DNA from: Candidatus Latescibacterota bacterium
GTDB taxonomy: Bacteria; Latescibacterota; UBA2968; GCA-2709665
DNA: 64,000 nt
Assembly: GCA_965226795.1 (NCBI GenBank)
Contig: CBDDDZ010000005.1
Span: 1,440,001-1,504,000, forward strand
Direction: 5' to 3'
Shown: piece after piece, positions 60,229 through 64,000 of the stretch
Layout of the letters: every line of letters starts with the position of its first letter
Position numbering within the stretch: the first letter of the stretch is position 1
Position numbers and translations under genes: made by a program
Notes under the pieces: model-generated
Told to the model about the DNA's origin: nothing
What the model saw: only the letters and a program-made list of their open reading frames with translations
Database searches by the model: none

Positions 60229-63200
60229 ATGCGTCGCTATATACACACATTGGCAATCCTGCTGTCTCTGGACCCGCCGCCGGCGGGTCACTGCACGCCA
60301 GCCGACACACTCTGGGTAAAGGGAGCAACCGTTCTGGCCACAGATACCGTGGGTGTTGAGGTGGTCCTTAAGAATGCACGGCCGATAGCGGGCACCACCT
60401 GGACCCTGGGATATGATTCTTCGTCCATGGCGGTGGTCGGAGTCGATAAGACGGAGCGGACCGCAGGCATGGAGATCTATATGCACGCTGCAGGCGATTC
60501 GGTAAAAGCTCTAATCCTGAACCCGTCTACGGGACAGGCGATTCCGCCGGGCGAGGGAGCCGTAGCCCTCTTGCGGATGGCGATTCGCGAATCCATCCCC
60601 GACGGCATCTACCCGCTGACGTTCCGTATGGTGGATCTGGTGAATACCGCGCAGCCCCCAGAGCGACTTGCAGCAGTCGGGCTGGGCGGACAGGTTCGGG
60701 TTACGTCCCAGCTTTTTTCCGTCGGGGCAACCAGCGGGTCCCCCGGTGACACCGTTTCCGTACCCCTCAAATTGCGAAACAGGGCTGTAGTGGCGGGCAT
60801 TCAGGTTGAACTGAACTGGCCTCAAGACGCGCTGAGCTTCGTGGAGGTGTTGCCCGCCGATCGAATTGCCCAATGGGATCTGTGGGCGGTTGCCAGAAAC
60901 GGGAATGGCGCCATGGTTCTCGCGGCCGACCTGGATGGTACGGAGCGGATACCGCCTGGTGACGGCACGTTAGCCCTGTTGAATCTGGCCATCCCCGTCT
61001 TCTCCAACAGTAGCGCAGTGCCCATCTCTATCGAAAGCGTGAGATTGGCGAATCCGGAGGGAACGGCCCTGCCCTCCGCCTCGGAAAGCGGGGAGATCGC
61101 CATCCTGTCGAACTTGAATAGATCCCCTCAACTGGCTCTTCCAGAATATATTACCACGCCCGAAGATTCTACATTTCTGTGGCGCGCACCGGCCTTTGAC
61201 CCAGACGGAGACCAACTTGAATTCGAAGCCGAAAACCTTCCGGAATGGCTATCGCTCGACGCCGCTTCCGGGAAATTCAGCGGCAGACCCGAAGACAGGG
61301 ATGTTGGCGTTTATATAGTCAGTCTCCTGGTTTCCGACGGTCGAATCAGTGTTCCGGACTCGATGCGACTTGAAGTCACCAATCTTCCGCCTCAGATTAT
61401 CGGCACGCCCGAACGTACGGCCCGCGTGGGCGCCGAATACCGTTATGCGCCGGAGGTGCGAAACCTCGATGGCGGGTATGTTCGTATTGAGGCAGACGTT
61501 CTGGGCATTCTATGGGACGCTCAGACCGGCCTCGTTATCTGGCAGCCCGAAAAACCGGGCGAATTTCGCTTGCGATTGATCGCGGTGGATCCGAATGGCG
61601 GAGAAGCCGTACAGTCATTCGATGTAACCGTAGCAGCAGGCGCCAAGGTGGTGATCGATGAGGTGTTGGCGGATCCGGCTACAGGTCCAAACGGTGATGC
61701 CAACCGGGACGGGGTTAGAGACAGCAAGTCAGACGAGTTTGTTGAAATATGGAATGTTGATTCGAAGCCGGTGACGATAGGCGGATGGTGGCTAAGCGAC
61801 GACGACGTCGGGTCAAGCGGGCGATTTCATTTTCCGGACGGCACGGTACTTGAACCGGGAACCCGCGCGGTGCTGTTTGGCGGTGGCGAGCCAAGAGATA
61901 TTCCCGGGCGCGTATTTGTGGACGACGGCAGTATCGGTAATGGATTGACCAATAAGGGGGATCTGGTCTTGCTTGTCGATCCGGTTTCTGAAGATACGAT
62001 GGCAGTTGCCGACTTCCGGGTAAAGGGCGACCTGAACCGATCCGTGGTGAGGCTGGCCGAAGGCATTTACGTTCCACATCCCGATTTACCGGACGGTGGG
62101 GTCATATCCCCAGGCCGGCCGCATCCGAACCCCGCGGACCCGGAGGAAACGGCGAAACCACCACGGCCGGTATTTCTGGATGCCCCCCCATCGTGGTGCC
62201 GGGTTGGCGCGCTTTGTCGGTTCGTGCCCAGAATTCGCAATCTGGACGGTGGGTTCGTGCGTCTTGAAACCCGTGTACTTGGTGTCGTGTGGGACCGTTC
62301 CACGGGCGAGATTTTATGGAGGCCCGATAAGGAAGGGCGTTTTCGTTTCTGGCAAACCGCGGTAAGTGGCGCGGGCGAGACGACCGTCAGGCAGTTTGAT
62401 GTATGGGTTGAGCCCCGTCCGAAAATTGCAATTGTCGAAATTCTGGCAGACCCTCCGCCCGGCGTATACGGAGACGTAAATGGAGATGGAACGCGAGATA
62501 GTCAGGCGGACGAATTTGTCGAGATCTTGAATGAAGGACCGGATGCAGTCTGGCTTACGGACTGGCGGCTGAGCGACGATGATGTATCGGACCGCCGGCA
62601 GTTTCGGTTTCCCAATCTGACGCGCCTCCAGCCGGGAGAACGAGCCGTGTTGTTCGGAGGGGGACGTCCCGTGGGGGTCGAGGGCCAGGTGTTTGTGGAT
62701 GACGGCAGCATCGGCAACGGGTTGACCAACAAGGCCGATGTGATTCTGTTGATCGACCCCGTCCTGAACGACACGCTTGGCCGCGCTTCTTATCATGTGG
62801 AGTCGGATATCGACCAGTCTCTGGTGTGGGACGGCACGGGCTGGATTCCGCATGAGACCCCACCGGGCCGAGGAGTTTTTTCGCCTGGACTACCGCGGGA
62901 GATGGGTACCGTCATAACGGAAAACGCAGATGACAAACAAGACGGGGGAACGGACGGTGGGGTAGGACCGAATGAAGCGGAAAGAAACGCCCGATACCCG
63001 TCAGGGTCCGTTCCATCAGGCGTAATTATCAATGAGATCCTGGCCAATCCCACCCATGGTGCAAACGGCGATGCCAACGGAGACGGCGAACGCCATGGAT
63101 ATCAGGACGAATTCCTCGAACTCAAGAACACAGGACCCGATACAGCTTACCTGGACGGATGCAGGCTAGGAGATGACGATGTGCCGCTGGACCGTCTGTT

Positions 63201-64000
63201 CGGATTTCCAACCGGCACGGTGCTTCCGCCAGGCCGTTTTGTGGTCCTGTTCGGTGGCGGCTCTACGACGGATTTCCCCGGAACAGCGTTTGTGGATGAT
63301 GGCCGGATAGGCGATGGGCTCTCGAATTCGGGCGACACTGTGGTTTTCCTGTCACCCGATGGCGCAGATACGCTCGATGTCGCCACCTTTGACAAGGCAC
63401 CGGAAGGGGCCTCTCTGGTCCGCCGCGAGGATTCCACGCTGCAAAGGCATGATCGTCTGCCATTCATCGGGTGGTTCTCACCCGGACGCGCGGCACCGAA
63501 GCTGGTCGCGATCCGCATCGTTCCCGACACGTTGATCCTGGAAACTGGAACCAGCCGCGCCGTCGCCGCACAGGGTATTTTCAATTCGGATCTTGTATCC
63601 GATGTCACGGACAACCTGAATTGGACCGTTGAAGACTCCTCGGTTGCGAAACTTGAAACGGGGATGCGGCTACGGGGCGTAGCGCCGGGCGAGACGGCGG
63701 TGCACGCGTGGTTCGGGCGTCTCACGTCAAACGCCGTCGTCAGGATACTTTCGAAGACGACGAACGAAAGTGCCGATTCGAGCAGTGGAATCGACGACAA
63801 CACGGGCAGTGCGAATCCCTCATCCAACCTTCCGCCGGTAATCCTCACGCGCCCCGACACGCTGGCCATCACGGGTCTCAGGTACTTGTACCGGCCGAAG
63901 GCCGAGGATCCCGAAGGTGATCCTGTGGTTTTTTTGGCGCCGCAGAGACCAGCCTGGCTTCAATGGACGGAAACCGATTTGGAGGGTTTACCGGAAAACA
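60229..64000 (+). CDS. Large secreted scaffold-like protein (partial, >1250 aa): 2 cohesin-like domains, Ig/cadherin-like repeats, 3 lamin-tail domains, Big_2-like
   Basis: Own translation from ATG 60229 is open to the window end and is absent from the ORF track. Cohesin-like SVGATSGSPGDTVSVPL.LRN..VAGIQ...IPPGDGTLA.L; DPDGD.L...LPEWLSLD..SG.P Ig repeats; three EILADP/DEFVE LTDs. Confidence 0.85.
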   Translation, partial: MRRYIHTLAILLSLDPPPAGHCTPADTLWVKGATVLATDTVGVEVVLKNARPIAGTTWTLGYDSSSMAVVGVDKTERTAGMEIYMHAAGDSVKALILNPSTGQAIPPGEGAVALLRMAIRESIPDGIYPLTFRMVDLVNTAQPPERLAAVGLGGQVRVTSQLFSVGATSGSPGDTVSVPLKLRNRAVVAGIQVELNWPQDALSFVEVLPADRIAQWDLWAVARNGNGAMVLAADLDGTERIPPGDGTLALLNLAIPVFSNSSAVPISIESVRLANPEGTALPSASESGEIAILSNLNRSPQLALPEYITTPEDSTFLWRAPAFDPDGDQLEFEAENLPEWLSLDAASGKFSGRPEDRDVGVYIVSLLVSDGRISVPDSMRLEVTNLPPQIIGTPERTARVGAEYRYAPEVRNLDGGYVRIEADVLGILWDAQTGLVIWQPEKPGEFRLRLIAVDPNGGEAVQSFDVTVAAGAKVVIDEVLADPATGPNGDANRDGVRDSKSDEFVEIWNVDSKPVTIGGWWLSDDDVGSSGRFHFPDGTVLEPGTRAVLFGGGEPRDIPGRVFVDDGSIGNGLTNKGDLVLLVDPVSEDTMAVADFRVKGDLNRSVVRLAEGIYVPHPDLPDGGVISPGRPHPNPADPEETAKPPRPVFLDAPPSWCRVGALCRFVPRIRNLDGGFVRLETRVLGVVWDRSTGEILWRPDKEGRFRFWQTAVSGAGETTVRQFDVWVEPRPKIAIVEILADPPPGVYGDVNGDGTRDSQADEFVEILNEGPDAVWLTDWRLSDDDVSDRRQFRFPNLTRLQPGERAVLFGGGRPVGVEGQVFVDDGSIGNGLTNKADVILLIDPVLNDTLGRASYHVESDIDQSLVWDGTGWIPHETPPGRGVFSPGLPREMGTVITENADDKQDGGTDGGVGPNEAERNARYPSGSVPSGVIINEILANPTHGANGDANGDGERHGYQDEFLELKNTGPDTAYLDGCRLGDDDVPLDRLFGFPTGTVLPPGRFVVLFGGGSTTDFPGTAFVDDGRIGDGLSNSGDTVVFLSPDGADTLDVATFDKAPEGASLVRREDSTLQRHDRLPFIGWFSPGRAAPKLVAIRIVPDTLILETGTSRAVAAQGIFNSDLVSDVTDNLNWTVEDSSVAKLETGMRLRGVAPGETAVHAWFGRLTSNAVVRILSKTTNESADSSSGIDDNTGSANPSSNLPPVILTRPDTLAITGLRYLYRPKAEDPEGDPVVFLAPQRPAWLQWTETDLEGLPEN

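Noticed and set aside
60055..63920. The many short ORFs listed in the track for 60-64 kb
   Set aside because: All are shadows of the single open frame starting at 60229.
57932..64000. A true cellulosome
   Set aside because: No glycoside hydrolase or clear CBM is visible in either protein; only the docking modules are supported.

Overview
A bacterial chromosomal window from a Gram-negative organism. The lptC/LptA-like/lptB genes and a 'QNYPNPFN' C-terminal sorting domain suggest an FCB-group lineage such as Latescibacterota; this is inference. About 1-29 kb is a dense catabolic region: two SDRs, two divergent hydantoinase/oxoprolinase A+B pairs, Gfo/Idh/MocA, VOC, Ldh_2, MBL hydrolase, Fpr, a phytoene-dehydrogenase-like oxidoreductase, Fe-ADH, PhyH dioxygenase, a BNR-4 protein, rfbA, a GH88-like hydrolase and an MDR, plus tRNA-Gly(GCC). 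At 28.9-32.3 kb two abutting insertion sequences (IS1182-like and IS1380-like), each with a transposase broken by a short duplication, separate a DUF547 gene from an arsS-type radical SAM gene that converges on arsC. 39-57 kb is mostly housekeeping: a frameshifted FAD/Fe-S oxidase, acyP, apt, tRNA-Arg(CCT), ruvX-mltG-pcrA and gatC-pyrG-lptC-lptA-like-lptB-rpoN. The most notable part is the end of the window. A sigma54-type promoter precedes a secreted lamin-tail-domain (LTD) protein with a dockerin. It is followed by a >1250-aa ORF missing from the supplied ORF track, with two cohesin-like domains, Ig/cadherin-like repeats and three LTDs. Together they form a candidate cohesin-dockerin surface complex with no recognisable catalytic domain in view. 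All family calls come from motif recognition by eye; no searches were run.
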